A DNA stretch of 64,000 nucleotides from Pseudomonadota bacterium (GCA_039198225.1 JBCCTQ010000005.1:59829-123828), one strand, 5' to 3'; shown: positions 1 through 8,769, counted from the stretch's first letter. The notes: a model not told the origin generated them from the letters alone. A program made the numbers and translations.

Positions 1-33
1 CCCACCGTCTTCCAGCGGGTTTGTCATAGGTCA

Positions 34-58
34 AATTTCTCTTCTGAAATGAGAAATT
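34..58. promoter_or_regulatory. Perfect 8-bp inverted repeat AATTTCTC-N9-GAGAAATT; candidate operator
   Basis: Read directly: aatttctc (34-41) and gagaaatt (51-58). It lies in non-coding DNA at the left edge, next to a possible divergent start codon at 25-27. Confidence 0.2.
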
Positions 59-185
59 CCGACACTTGTCGTTGACACCCTCACCATCTGGACGCCATCA
101 AAAGGGCCGGTACCACAGCTTTTGGGTGCGGAGGGAGGACCATTAGCCCGTCGACATCGCGTGATCGCGCGATCCGGATTTGCTG

Positions 186-235
186 TAACCAACAAGATTT
201 GGTATCCATGAAAATTGGTAAGTATCTTTTACCAA
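186..235. promoter_or_regulatory. Array of four TTGGTA-type half-sites upstream of the TRAP operon; candidate operator
   Basis: AACCAA (187-192) N6 TTGGTA (199-204) forms an imperfect palindrome. TTGGTAA (215-221) N7 TTACCAA (229-235) forms a perfect 7-bp palindrome. The array ends about 45 nt upstream of ATG 279. Confidence 0.3.
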
Positions 236-278
236 ATGAATGGTCCGGGTGGACCCAAACATGTGAGAGAGGAGACAC

Positions 279-1328
279 ATGACTGTCCGCACTTTTATTT
301 CGGCCGCTGTAGCCAGCTTCGCCGTGACCACCGCCGCCGGTGCGCAAGAGAGCTTCGAGATGACCTCGGCATTCGGGAAAAACCTGCCGATCCTCGGCAC
401 TGCTGCTGTCGGTTTCACCGAAAAGATCAATGGGATTTCGAGCGACGTCGAATTCGAACATTTCGATCCCGGTGAACTCGTTCCGGCCCTCGAAGCGCTT
501 GACGCTGTTTCGAATGGCTCCGTCGACGCCGCCTACACGACAGCGGGCTACTGGCAGGGCAAGATCCCGGCCGCGTCGCTCTTCGCGGCCGTTCCTTTCG
601 GACCGGAAGCGGGCGAGTTCCTGGCTTGGATGCTCTACGATGACGGCGCTGAGCTCTTCCAGCGGATGTACGATGACAACGGCTTTAACGTCCATGTCGT
701 GCCTTGCGGCATCATCGCTCCGGAAACCTCCGGGTGGTTCAAGAACGAGATCAACTCGATTTCCGACCTCGAAGGGCTCAACATGCGTTTCTTCGGCCTC
801 GGTGCCGAAGTGATGCAAAAGCTCGGTGTCTCGACCTCGCTTCTTGCGGGCGGTGACATTTTCCCAGCCTTGGAGCGCGGCGCAATCGACGCGACCGAGT
901 TCTCAATGCCGCGGATCGATGCTCGCCTCGGGTTCCACAACATCGCGAAGTTTAACTACTTCCCAGGCTGGCACCAGCCTGCCACGATGTTCGAACTTCT
1001 GGTCAACAAAGACCGTTGGGACGACCTTGATGAGCGGAGCCAGCGTCAGATCGAGATCGCTTGCATGGCCAATATTACCGACAACTTTGCCGAAGGCGAA
1101 GCGACCAACTTCGAAGCGATGCAGGAGAACGTTGACCAAAACGGTGTGACCATCAAGCAATGGTCGCCTGAAATGCTTGAGGCTTTCGAAACCTCCTGGA
1201 ACGAAGTGGCAGCGGAACTTGCTTCGGAAGATGCCTTCTTCAAGGAAGTTTGGGATGATCTACAGGAATTCCGCGCTGGTTACGCGGTCTGGAACGAAAA
1301 CATCTACCTTCCGCGTCCGCGCAACTAA
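279..1328 (+). CDS. TRAP transporter substrate-binding protein (DctP family, COG4663-like)
   Basis: 349-aa ORF with a GAGGAG RBS upstream of ATG 279 and a signal peptide (FISAAVASFAVTTAAGAQE). The sequence has DctP-type solute-receptor character. DctQ- and DctM-like genes follow. Confidence 0.9.
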   Translation: MTVRTFISAAVASFAVTTAAGAQESFEMTSAFGKNLPILGTAAVGFTEKINGISSDVEFEHFDPGELVPALEALDAVSNGSVDAAYTTAGYWQGKIPAASLFAAVPFGPEAGEFLAWMLYDDGAELFQRMYDDNGFNVHVVPCGIIAPETSGWFKNEINSISDLEGLNMRFFGLGAEVMQKLGVSTSLLAGGDIFPALERGAIDATEFSMPRIDARLGFHNIAKFNYFPGWHQPATMFELLVNKDRWDDLDERSQRQIEIACMANITDNFAEGEATNFEAMQENVDQNGVTIKQWSPEMLEAFETSWNEVAAELASEDAFFKEVWDDLQEFRAGYAVWNENIYLPRPRN

Positions 1329-1464
1329 GGACGACCGGAACGATCCCAGAAAACACGGCCGGGGCGGATACATTCTTCGCCCCGGCTTCGTAATGAGTGC
1401 TGGAAGGGGCAGCCGGCCGTCGGTTTGAAGAGGGTCGATTTAAAAAACTGCGGGAGGGACACCC

Positions 1465-2307
1465 ATGGACAGCGACGACCCGACAAAGGAGGATACGGTC
1501 GCGGCCGTCACTGATCCGAGCGAAGTTGGGCGAGAGTTTCACAATGCTGGCGACCGTCTGACGATTACGGTCTCGAACCTCTTCGCCTGGTTCTTTCCGT
1601 TCTTGATGATGATCATTTGCGTGCAAGTGGTCCTTCGTACGCTAGGCCGCGCCGGTATTGGTCCTGGAAACCAAGCTTGGATGGACGATCTCCAATGGTG
1701 GCTCTATGGCGCCGCTGTCCTGATCGGAATTGGCTATGCTGTGACCACGAACAGCCATGTGCGCGTCGACATATTTTACGACAGTTTCCCGGAACGGAAA
1801 AAACGCCGGTTCGACATTTTTGCCCTCACTTGGCTCTTCTTGCCGTTCATCATCCTCTGTTGGGACGTCACCATACACTACGCTATCGCTTCCGTCGTTG
1901 CAGATGAAGGGTCGAGCAGTCCGAACGGCCTACACAACCTTTGGATTTTAAAGGTCTTTATGAATGTGAGCTTCATCGTTTTGGGCGTTGCGGCCTGGTC
2001 GGCTTATGTTCGGCTGCTTGCAGAGTTGACCGAACCTAAGCTGTGGCGAAAATTACTCTATGCGTTTCCGAGTACGATGTTTTTGGTCAACCTCGTCGTA
2101 TTTTATGCGATTTGGTGGGTGATATTCCTCACAAGCCCCGAAGGAACTCAAACGCGCGCCGTGGGTCGAAATGCGATATTCGATGAGTTCGAATTCGGGA
2201 ATTGGGAGATCAAGTACACGATCGCTATCACTCTCGTGGCGACGCTGCTCCTAATCGCGCTCGCTCGTGTATTAGACCGCAGCGCCGCGTCGCGTGGCAA
2301 TAAATAG
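1465..2307 (+). CDS. TRAP transporter small permease (DctQ-like, extended)
   Basis: 280-aa multi-TM ORF with a GGGAGGGA RBS, positioned between the SBP and DctM genes. Confidence 0.85.
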   Translation: MDSDDPTKEDTVAAVTDPSEVGREFHNAGDRLTITVSNLFAWFFPFLMMIICVQVVLRTLGRAGIGPGNQAWMDDLQWWLYGAAVLIGIGYAVTTNSHVRVDIFYDSFPERKKRRFDIFALTWLFLPFIILCWDVTIHYAIASVVADEGSSSPNGLHNLWILKVFMNVSFIVLGVAAWSAYVRLLAELTEPKLWRKLLYAFPSTMFLVNLVVFYAIWWVIFLTSPEGTQTRAVGRNAIFDEFEFGNWEIKYTIAITLVATLLLIALARVLDRSAASRGNK

Positions 2308-2319
2308 GGAACGGAACCG

Positions 2320-3762
2320 ATGTTGAGCTCTATCGGTCAGTTCCTGACCCTAAATGAACTCGCTGTATTAGCGATGTTTCTTGGTTTTATTTGGATGCTG
2401 TTCCGCGGCATTCCTGTCGCAATGGCCCTTGTGGGCATCAGCCTCGTATTTGTCCTGATCGCCGAGTTCTTCCTCGATCCGTTCAGAGGTGAATTGCGCG
2501 ACATTATCGAGTTTGACCGGACAGGAATCAACTACCAACGCCTCCAAGCTCTGTCAGCCAGACTATTTGGCAATATTGTGCAAAACCCGGTTTTGGTGGC
2601 TCTTCCGATGTTCATCTTTATGGGGCTCATGCTTGATCAGTCAGGTGTGGCCCAGCGGATGATGCACGCAATGCAGAAGCTATTTGGTGGCTTGCGTGGT
2701 GGCCTTTCGCTGACTGTTCTTTTGATTGGCATTATTCTCGCCGCCTCCACTGGGGTCATCGGCGCATCTGTGACACTGCTCGGCGTCATGGCGTTGCCTG
2801 CGATGATGAAGCAGGATTACTCAAAGCCGATTGCCACCGGCACGATTGCCTCTGCAGGAACGCTGGGGATTCTCATTCCTCCATCGATCATGCTTGTTAT
2901 CATGTCGGACCAATTGGCCATCAGTCTCGGCGATCTATTCATGGGAGCGCTGTTTCCGGGGTTGATCCTCGGTGGGCTTTATATCGTCTTTATCGTCATT
3001 TACGGCATTCTCTTTCCCGACGCGATGCCAGCGCCAGAACGTGCCGAGAACATTCGGTGGGCAGACGTAAGGGAAGTACTTTTGGCGGTGGTTCCGCCGA
3101 TGTTGTTGATTTTGTTGGTATTAGGTTCGATTTTCGCCGGCTATGCGACCCCAACCGAAGCGTCCGGCCTCGGAGCAATGGGGGCAACACTTTTAGCGTT
3201 GGGCAATCGGAAGCTCAATTGGCGCGTCCTACGTGATGTCAGCCGGTCTACACTGAACACATCAGGCTATATCGTTGGTATTTTCCTCGCTGCGAACTTC
3301 TTCGCCTTGGTTTTACGTCGGTATGGCGGAGACGAAATTGTTCAAAATCTCGTACTATCAGCCTTTGATGATCCATACATGACCGTGGCGTTCATTCTCT
3401 TCATTGTTTTTCTTCTCGGCTTTCTACTCGATTGGATCGAAATCACGATCATCATCATGCCACTGATGCTGCCCATCATCTTGGCCCTTGAATTGAGCAT
3501 TCCGGGTTTCGATCAGGTGCGTGATCCGTCCGTTGTTTGGTTTGCAATTCTGGTGGCGGTCACGCTCCAAACCTCGTTTCTTACGCCACCGGTTGGATTT
3601 GCGCTTTTCTATCTAAAAGGAGTGTGCCCCCCCGGGGTATCTTTGAAGCACATATATCAGGGCGTCGTCCCTTTTGTCTTTCTCCAACTCCTGGGCCTAT
3701 TCATCGTCTTCGAATTCCCGTCGTTGACAACGTGGCTTCCTTCCGTGGCTTACGGAGGCTAA
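2320..3762 (+). CDS. TRAP transporter large permease (DctM family)
   Basis: 480-aa polytopic membrane protein with typical DctM sequence. It starts 13 nt after the DctQ-like gene. Confidence 0.93.
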   Translation: MLSSIGQFLTLNELAVLAMFLGFIWMLFRGIPVAMALVGISLVFVLIAEFFLDPFRGELRDIIEFDRTGINYQRLQALSARLFGNIVQNPVLVALPMFIFMGLMLDQSGVAQRMMHAMQKLFGGLRGGLSLTVLLIGIILAASTGVIGASVTLLGVMALPAMMKQDYSKPIATGTIASAGTLGILIPPSIMLVIMSDQLAISLGDLFMGALFPGLILGGLYIVFIVIYGILFPDAMPAPERAENIRWADVREVLLAVVPPMLLILLVLGSIFAGYATPTEASGLGAMGATLLALGNRKLNWRVLRDVSRSTLNTSGYIVGIFLAANFFALVLRRYGGDEIVQNLVLSAFDDPYMTVAFILFIVFLLGFLLDWIEITIIIMPLMLPIILALELSIPGFDQVRDPSVVWFAILVAVTLQTSFLTPPVGFALFYLKGVCPPGVSLKHIYQGVVPFVFLQLLGLFIVFEFPSLTTWLPSVAYGG

Positions 3763-4149
3763 CGAGGGGTTGCTTTGGGACGAATTACTGATCGTAGTTA
3801 GGCAATGCCTGCTCGACCCTTGTTAGCAAGGCCTGCCTTTGACAATTCACTTCAGTGTCGACGCCGGGACCACATAGCCATAACAGGAACTGGCAGTGAA
3901 AGACGGTTTACAGCACCAGTAAGAAGCTAGAACTTGGCTTTCCAAACGATCAGGCGTCGTTCACAACTCCGATTTCGCTGCGCAAGCCGTCGCAATGGAT
4001 GAACTCGCTCAGGCCGCAGTCTGGGTATGGCAGCCTTCATCGAGCGGGATCCTCTCGCTCAGAATGAACACCGTGCCGACTGCCTCGAGGCTGAACTTCC
4101 CTAAAATTCTAGAGGGGCGTAAGCTCCTTGCGAGCCTGCTCGCGGGAGG

Positions 4150-4362
4150 TTAAGCTGTCGCGGGGTCAACCGTAAGCCCAACAGCCTCGGCGTACTTTAG
4201 CCACGTTTCAATTGAAGCTACGACGGCGCGAACTTCAATTGCGAGAAGCTCAATACCGACCAGCGATACGCGCACGAATGCATCAATCACGACACCCTTG
4301 TCGAGGATACGGTCAACGACCTCAGCGATAGAAGCAGATGCAACGCTTTTCTCAATAGCCAT
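4150..4362 (-). CDS. gvpA: Gas vesicle major structural protein GvpA
   Basis: Taking the internal ATG at 4362 (GGGAA RBS about 10 nt upstream) gives the 70-aa product [70 protein letters not shown]. It matches the canonical GvpA core ([38 protein letters not shown]) almost residue for residue. The track ORF starts 13 codons earlier at a GTG, which I consider unlikely. Confidence 0.93.
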   Translation of the reverse strand: MAIEKSVASASIAEVVDRILDKGVVIDAFVRVSLVGIELLAIEVRAVVASIETWLKYAEAVGLTVDPATA

Positions 4363-4492
4363 TTCGTTATTCCCTATTTCCGAATTGTCCAAAACATCCA
4401 CCCGTCGGGTGCTCTCACTTTTACTAGCTGGATTTTCCTAAAGCTATGTTAAACAGACAAAAACGTTTCACGGCCTTCGCGAAAATGTGGCT

Positions 4493-5941
4493 TCAGCGAT
4501 CTGTCTCCGTGACTTCTGCATTATATGCAAAGAGTGCTAAAGTCTCCGCAATAGTCGCAAGAAAGTCGCGCAAAGGCTCGAGATCGGGTGTTTTGGTTGT
4601 CAAGGAGATCTGACAAGAGAGCGCCTCATTGGCCAATGCGAGGCTCTTTATCGCTGAAATCAATTCGGATAGGTTTCCGCTTGCGAATTCATTCGGTCCG
4701 GCGGCAACCTGCTCGTTGAACGTGCCTCTTGCGTGCTCATCTTCTTCGTATTGTGGATCATCTCTCCGAATCGTCGCTTCTTCGATCCGCCGGAGAACCA
4801 CACCGGCTGCCGTGTTAAACTGTGCGAAACTGCGGCGTTGTACCGTTAAATCCAGCACTGGATCCGGCCGTGCAGCAATCTCCGACACCATTGAACTGAG
4901 GTTTTCAAGCCTTTCGTAGAGCTCCGGTGATCCGCCATTCGAATATGGTTCGGACTGAGCCTTGATCGATTCTGTCTGCTTGGTTTGAAGGTCCAAAATT
5001 CGATCAACCGTTTCCTTTAATTCAGTGGTATTGGTCGGTGGCTCCAATTGGGACGCCTCATATCGATCGGCGATTCTATCCAGACGCTTGACTACATGTC
5101 CGATTGCTGTGCCGAAGCGTGAAAAAAACTGGCGTTGTTCGGTAAGATCTAGAACGGGGTCAGGTCGATCCATGAGGGCGGAAATAGAGGCGCTGAAATC
5201 CTCCAACACGGGTCGCAGAGCTGCTTCAACGGCCTGTTTGCAAATTGTATCAAGGTGCGTTGATCCGGGTTCTCCGTTAATTGCGGTTGGTCCTTTTTCC
5301 ACTTCCGTACTATCCAATCGGCACAACAATTCATTCACACGCGCTAAATCCAGACTTGGATCGGGCGCAGTATGTTCTGCGAGAACTGAGAGAAGTGTGT
5401 CCGAGAGGGCTTGCGTCGCCAGCATGTGACTGGCTTCGTTCGAAGCCTCAAGCCGGCGAACGATTTCTTCGATCCAATGCGGCGGTGTATCTGGACTGAT
5501 TTCGCTCTGTTCTTCCACTGCGTTAAATTCAACCAAGCGTGCCTCTAGCGCGTCCAGCCGCAAAGTAAGCGCTGCTTGTTGACCATCTGATAAAGATTGG
5601 TCCTGCTGACTGTGGCTTTGCTCAATCGCATCCAATCGTTGCATTGCCGCATTCAACTCGTCTCTTAGCTTGTCCATGGCAAGGTGCTGCGCTGACATGC
5701 TCTCGTTGATCTTAGTATGGTCTCCCGACATTTGTGAGGACGGGTATTCCTCAGAAGGAAATAGGTCAGTGCCCAAACAGTTTGGCGGATCGGAAGCGTT
5801 GGATGCGGCGCGCGCGGATTTGGTGTCTATGTCAGGACGTAAAATCTCGCCGCTCGTATTGCCGGCACTCTGCTCTTGGTCGATCAGTCTATGGCTCACG
5901 AAAAGTGCTGCTTTCTTAGGAGAGGCTTCGTTGGCAGTCAT
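4493..5941 (-). CDS. Hypothetical coiled-coil/repeat protein (about 482 aa); no family recognised
   Basis: Long ORF with protein-like composition and Q/E/L/R-rich helical segments. It contains internally repeated RPDPVLDLT.QR..F..F.TA.G.V..R motifs. The start is uncertain: ATG 5941 is preferred over ATG 5977. Confidence 0.6.
   Translation of the reverse strand: MTANEASPKKAALFVSHRLIDQEQSAGNTSGEILRPDIDTKSARAASNASDPPNCLGTDLFPSEEYPSSQMSGDHTKINESMSAQHLAMDKLRDELNAAMQRLDAIEQSHSQQDQSLSDGQQAALTLRLDALEARLVEFNAVEEQSEISPDTPPHWIEEIVRRLEASNEASHMLATQALSDTLLSVLAEHTAPDPSLDLARVNELLCRLDSTEVEKGPTAINGEPGSTHLDTICKQAVEAALRPVLEDFSASISALMDRPDPVLDLTEQRQFFSRFGTAIGHVVKRLDRIADRYEASQLEPPTNTTELKETVDRILDLQTKQTESIKAQSEPYSNGGSPELYERLENLSSMVSEIAARPDPVLDLTVQRRSFAQFNTAAGVVLRRIEEATIRRDDPQYEEDEHARGTFNEQVAAGPNEFASGNLSELISAIKSLALANEALSCQISLTTKTPDLEPLRDFLATIAETLALFAYNAEVTETDR
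4781..5167 (-). repeat. Intragenic protein-level repeat: two 30-aa motif copies 99 aa apart, plus a degenerate third copy at 5312-5368
   Basis: Copy 1 is RPDPVLDLTEQRQFFSRFGTAIGHVVKRLD (5078-5167). Copy 2 is RPDPVLDLTVQRRSFAQFNTAAGVVLRRIE (4781-4870). The degenerate copy is APDPSLDLARVNELLCRLD (5312-5368). Confidence 0.7.
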
Positions 5942-6049
5942 TCTCTTTACCCAAATAAATAGGCACGTTCGCGCCAAGAATGAGAAGTCGAGGCTTTGGC
6001 GTTGTTTATCCCTGCGGAATGGTGTCCGCCAAAAATTTAACGGACAACG

Positions 6050-7261
6050 CTACCAATCCTGAAGTTTACCAAGTGAAGTCGTGGGAGCAGACTTACCAAA
6101 GGTGAAGGCTTCGGGTCGGGCGGTTGCCGGTAGCTTAAGTGCAGTTCGACGTAGCCGATCCTCGAGATCGTTTGTGTAATCAGTCTTAGATACGATGAAC
6201 ACTTTGAGCCGCATTCCATCCCGCCGCGCAATCACGTCTTCGACTTCCTTGTCCACTCTTAGTGCATCCTCGACAATACCCAAGTCCACATTGGAGCCGG
6301 CGATTTGGATCACTCGGTCACGGCGACCAACAACCGAAAAAGAACGGCTATTAACCCAATCAAGTTTGTCTTCTGCATTGCAGGTTTTGCGTCCGTGCTG
6401 GCGACACAGTTTCAAATCTGTTTGGGTTATATTGCTAAAGAGGTTGAAAGTTGACTTGCTTGAATTCCGCCATCCTACCCCCCCGGTTTCCGTAGAACCG
6501 TATATATCGAAGAGTTCTGCAACGCCGGTTGCATTCGCAGCGTGCCAAGTGCTTGAGCAAGCGGGACCCCCCGACGAAACTCCAATTGTACGGTCCGGGA
6601 ATCGCAACCCAAACTCCGAGTACTTTCGCCATAGGTAGGGCGTTGCGAGTACTATGTCGCCATTACTACACATCCGAGAGATCGAGTTCGGCGCAACAAA
6701 GTGTTGATCCAGCACATCGATGCCAAGCCGCTTTGGTAAAAGGACGCTCCATACGAAGCCATACATATGATGAGGAGCCACGGCTGTAAGGACCCGGTTG
6801 GACCCCTTAATCGACGGTAGAGCATCGCAAATAGCGTCGATTTCTGCATCGAGATCCCTGCGTTCGTGGCTGATTTTCTTCTTCTCGCCAACTGTTCCGG
6901 AGGTCGAGAATGAAATTTTGGCCCCGCCAACTATACGTTCGAAGTGCATCGAAACGAGTCTGGCCCATTCATTGAGACTGCGATTGATAAAGAGATGATC
7001 CTCAATCCCAGTTGCCGAAAGTCCGAAATAATCGTTAAAGCAAAGGACGAGATCCATTAATCGAAGACTATCGATGTCCAGTTCGTTCTCTGAAATTTCT
7101 ACGTCACCCTCGGAGCCGTCCTCGTTGGAACCAAGGACCGACATAATATGGCCACTGCGACGCATTCGGTTCTTGCGAAGTAATTCGCTTTGAAAGTCGG
7201 CTATTAGAGAGATGCAGAGACGTCGGGCGTCCCTTGCGTCGATGAGTGGCGCGTTAGACAT
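6050..7261 (-). CDS. pcl: Adenylate-forming enzyme, probable p-coumarate-CoA ligase for PYP chromophore activation
   Basis: 403 aa with AMP-binding superfamily motifs: STSGTVGEKKKI (P-loop-like A3), DIYGSTETGGVG (A5), GRRDRVIQIAGSNV (A8), and a C-terminal LGKLQDW lysine motif. It is short, like the PYP-associated pCLs, and lies in the same tightly spaced operon as pyp. Confidence 0.8.
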   Translation of the reverse strand: MSNAPLIDARDARRLCISLIADFQSELLRKNRMRRSGHIMSVLGSNEDGSEGDVEISENELDIDSLRLMDLVLCFNDYFGLSATGIEDHLFINRSLNEWARLVSMHFERIVGGAKISFSTSGTVGEKKKISHERRDLDAEIDAICDALPSIKGSNRVLTAVAPHHMYGFVWSVLLPKRLGIDVLDQHFVAPNSISRMCSNGDIVLATPYLWRKYSEFGLRFPDRTIGVSSGGPACSSTWHAANATGVAELFDIYGSTETGGVGWRNSSKSTFNLFSNITQTDLKLCRQHGRKTCNAEDKLDWVNSRSFSVVGRRDRVIQIAGSNVDLGIVEDALRVDKEVEDVIARRDGMRLKVFIVSKTDYTNDLEDRLRRTALKLPATARPEAFTFGKSAPTTSLGKLQDW

Positions 7262-7273
7262 GGGGAGAGGGTC

Positions 7274-7756
7274 CTAGTTGAGATCCACTTCGCCAGATGC
7301 CATTTCCGCAAATAGCTCTCCGACAAGTCCGCTATAATGCGCGCGAGCCGTTTGTACTTCCGCCTTCAATGAGAGAGCCATGGACGCGATCTCTGCTGGA
7401 GATCCTTGTTCGATTTCCATTCCCGGTACCGTAAGGTCTTCCGAAGCATCATAGTTTTGGATGTAATTGAACGCTTCGTCGATGGTCTCGAAGCAATGGG
7501 ACTTGACGGTGTCGGTAAACTCTTCCGATACGTAGAACTTACGGATTGCAACCGCAAATCCGGTGTCAGTTTTGCGATACAAGTTGATTTCGTACCAATA
7601 GGATAGACCAGGCGTAAAGCTCATGGCCATGGCCAGTTCCGTGCCTTCAAATACGTTTGGGCGAGATCCGGGTTGTGGGAGGCGAAAGAAGGTCGCTGAC
7701 CCGACAAGAGGCAGCTCTGCACCCATTTGTTCTGCGGCATTCATTTGGTTTTGCAT
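7274..7756 (-). CDS. Hypothetical protein (160 aa), member of a local three-gene paralogue set
   Basis: ATG 7756 has an AAGGA RBS. It sits 15 nt after the upstream gene and 12 nt before pcl. It shares motifs with 7772-8335 and 9628-10119 (see findings). Confidence 0.6.
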   Translation of the reverse strand: MQNQMNAAEQMGAELPLVGSATFFRLPQPGSRPNVFEGTELAMAMSFTPGLSYWYEINLYRKTDTGFAVAIRKFYVSEEFTDTVKSHCFETIDEAFNYIQNYDASEDLTVPGMEIEQGSPAEIASMALSLKAEVQTARAHYSGLVGELFAEMASGEVDLN

Positions 7757-7771
7757 GTCTTGATCCTTGGC

Positions 7772-8335
7772 TCAGCCTACAAGTGTGTTGGATTGCATAT
7801 CGGACGATATCGAACCGTCACGTTCTGGGTTAGTTTGGTCGGAACCTTCCGCGTGGTAAGTGGAGCGACCGGGGCTTGCCTGAGACTGCGTTTGGACGTC
7901 TTTGGATTGGATAAAGGATTGAAACTCTAACTCGTTCGTAACCATTGACGCGCGATATTCTGGTCGTGCCACCGTGTTGCCTTTTGGCGCGTGAGCGAGC
8001 CCGATGAAAATGCGCCCATCTTCTGCGCAATAGACTTCAACACGCCGGCCAAGTTTGTTTGATCCTTGAAAACGATGAACGAAATCACTCTCATCGACCC
8101 AAACAAGTAATCCCCTAAATACAAGCGGATGTTGACCGTCTTGGCGTAGGACAACCTTTGGCCAACCTGAACTATCACCGGCTTCGAATAGGGCCAAACG
8201 GCTTTGTGTATTGTCCTTCGGGTCAATTGCCGCCGGCGTTGTGGATTCAGAGACTTGCACCCGCTGATCGTTCAGCAGGTGAAGGAGCTCAGGATGCACT
8301 GTGGCTTCAAAATGTACGTCAGGGCAGGAATACAC
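7772..8335 (-). CDS. Hypothetical protein (up to 187 aa), member of the local paralogue set; start uncertain
   Basis: The ORF begins 15 nt after the pyp stop. The first start is a GTG (8335) without a clear SD, and there is no internal ATG for about 130 codons. Shared motifs: PLVFRG, VEVYCAEDGRIFIGL, ELEFQSFIQSKD. Confidence 0.5.
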   Translation of the reverse strand: MYSCPDVHFEATVHPELLHLLNDQRVQVSESTTPAAIDPKDNTQSRLALFEAGDSSGWPKVVLRQDGQHPLVFRGLLVWVDESDFVHRFQGSNKLGRRVEVYCAEDGRIFIGLAHAPKGNTVARPEYRASMVTNELEFQSFIQSKDVQTQSQASPGRSTYHAEGSDQTNPERDGSISSDMQSNTLVG

Positions 8336-8350
8336 GGGCGATCTGCCAGT

Positions 8351-8725
8351 CTAGGCCCTTTTGACGAATAGCCAACAATGTTGGCCGTCAGGCTGCGATT
8401 TCAGATGGATTTTGACGCCGGCATTTGTTCCTTTGTAAGTGAACTTGTAGTCGAACATCACGTTGATTTGCCCGGTCGTGTGAAACTTTAGGAATTCGCC
8501 GTGAAAGCGCTTTCCCTTCGCGCATGGGGCGATCTCGTTGAAGAAATTCTTGCCCATCACGTCTTCGGGTGAGCGGCTCGAGATCATGCTTTCGGCTTTG
8601 TTGTATTTCACAATCGTGCCATTTCGGTCGAGCAGGATCGCTCCAAATGGGAGATACTCAGCGCGTTGCGGTTCGCGCGCGAGAATGTTGTCGACATCGT
8701 TGCTGCCGAAAGGAATAGTTTCCAT
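8351..8725 (-). CDS. pyp: Photoactive yellow protein (PYP), PAS-fold blue-light receptor
   Basis: 124 aa, collinear with Halorhodospira halophila PYP with a one-residue offset. Conserved stretches include FGS.D..N.LA, FGAI.LD..G.I..YN.AE, GKNFF..(V/I)APC and (W)(V/L)FVKR. Pocket residues Tyr41, Glu45, Ser49 (Thr50 in H. halophila), Arg51 and the chromophore Cys68 (codon 8522-8524) are present. There is an AAGGA RBS. Confidence 0.95.
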   Translation of the reverse strand: METIPFGSNDVDNILAREPQRAEYLPFGAILLDRNGTIVKYNKAESMISSRSPEDVMGKNFFNEIAPCAKGKRFHGEFLKFHTTGQINVMFDYKFTYKGTNAGVKIHLKSQPDGQHCWLFVKRA

Positions 8726-8769
8726 CGTGTTTTCCTTCTGTGCGCTTTAGATTGAGTGCGTGATGCGCT

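Noticed and set aside
1-27. Possible start of a minus-strand gene (ATG at 25-27, reading MTNPLEDGG...) leaving the window.
   Set aside because: Only nine codons are visible, which is not enough to support a call.
81-818. 245-aa minus-strand ORF at the left edge.
   Set aside because: It lies antisense to the well-supported TRAP binding-protein gene and runs through the promoter region. The composition is Arg/Gly-rich and there is no RBS. It is a typical shadow ORF of GC-rich DNA.
3627-3633. C7 homopolymer (followed by G4) inside the DctM gene, with a similar C7 run at 34806-34812, considered as phase-variation tracts.
   Set aside because: The runs are short and in-frame (Pro-Pro codons) within housekeeping-type transporter and enzyme genes. 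There is no evidence of slippage.
3763-4149. 387-bp gap downstream of gvpA, checked for a decayed gvp gene or a mobile-element remnant.
   Set aside because: The frame continuing after the gvpA stop reads PPASRLARSLRPSRILGKFSLEAVGTVFILSERIPLDEGCHTQTAA. It has no start codon and I see no resemblance to any Gvp protein or transposase. A short GCGAGC-CT-GCTCGC palindrome at 4130-4143 has too tight a loop to call a terminator.
4493-5941. Calling the repeat protein GvpC.
   Set aside because: GvpC is defined by tandem 33-residue repeats. Here the repeat spacing is 99 residues with only two or three copies, and I see no sequence resemblance. It remains hypothetical.
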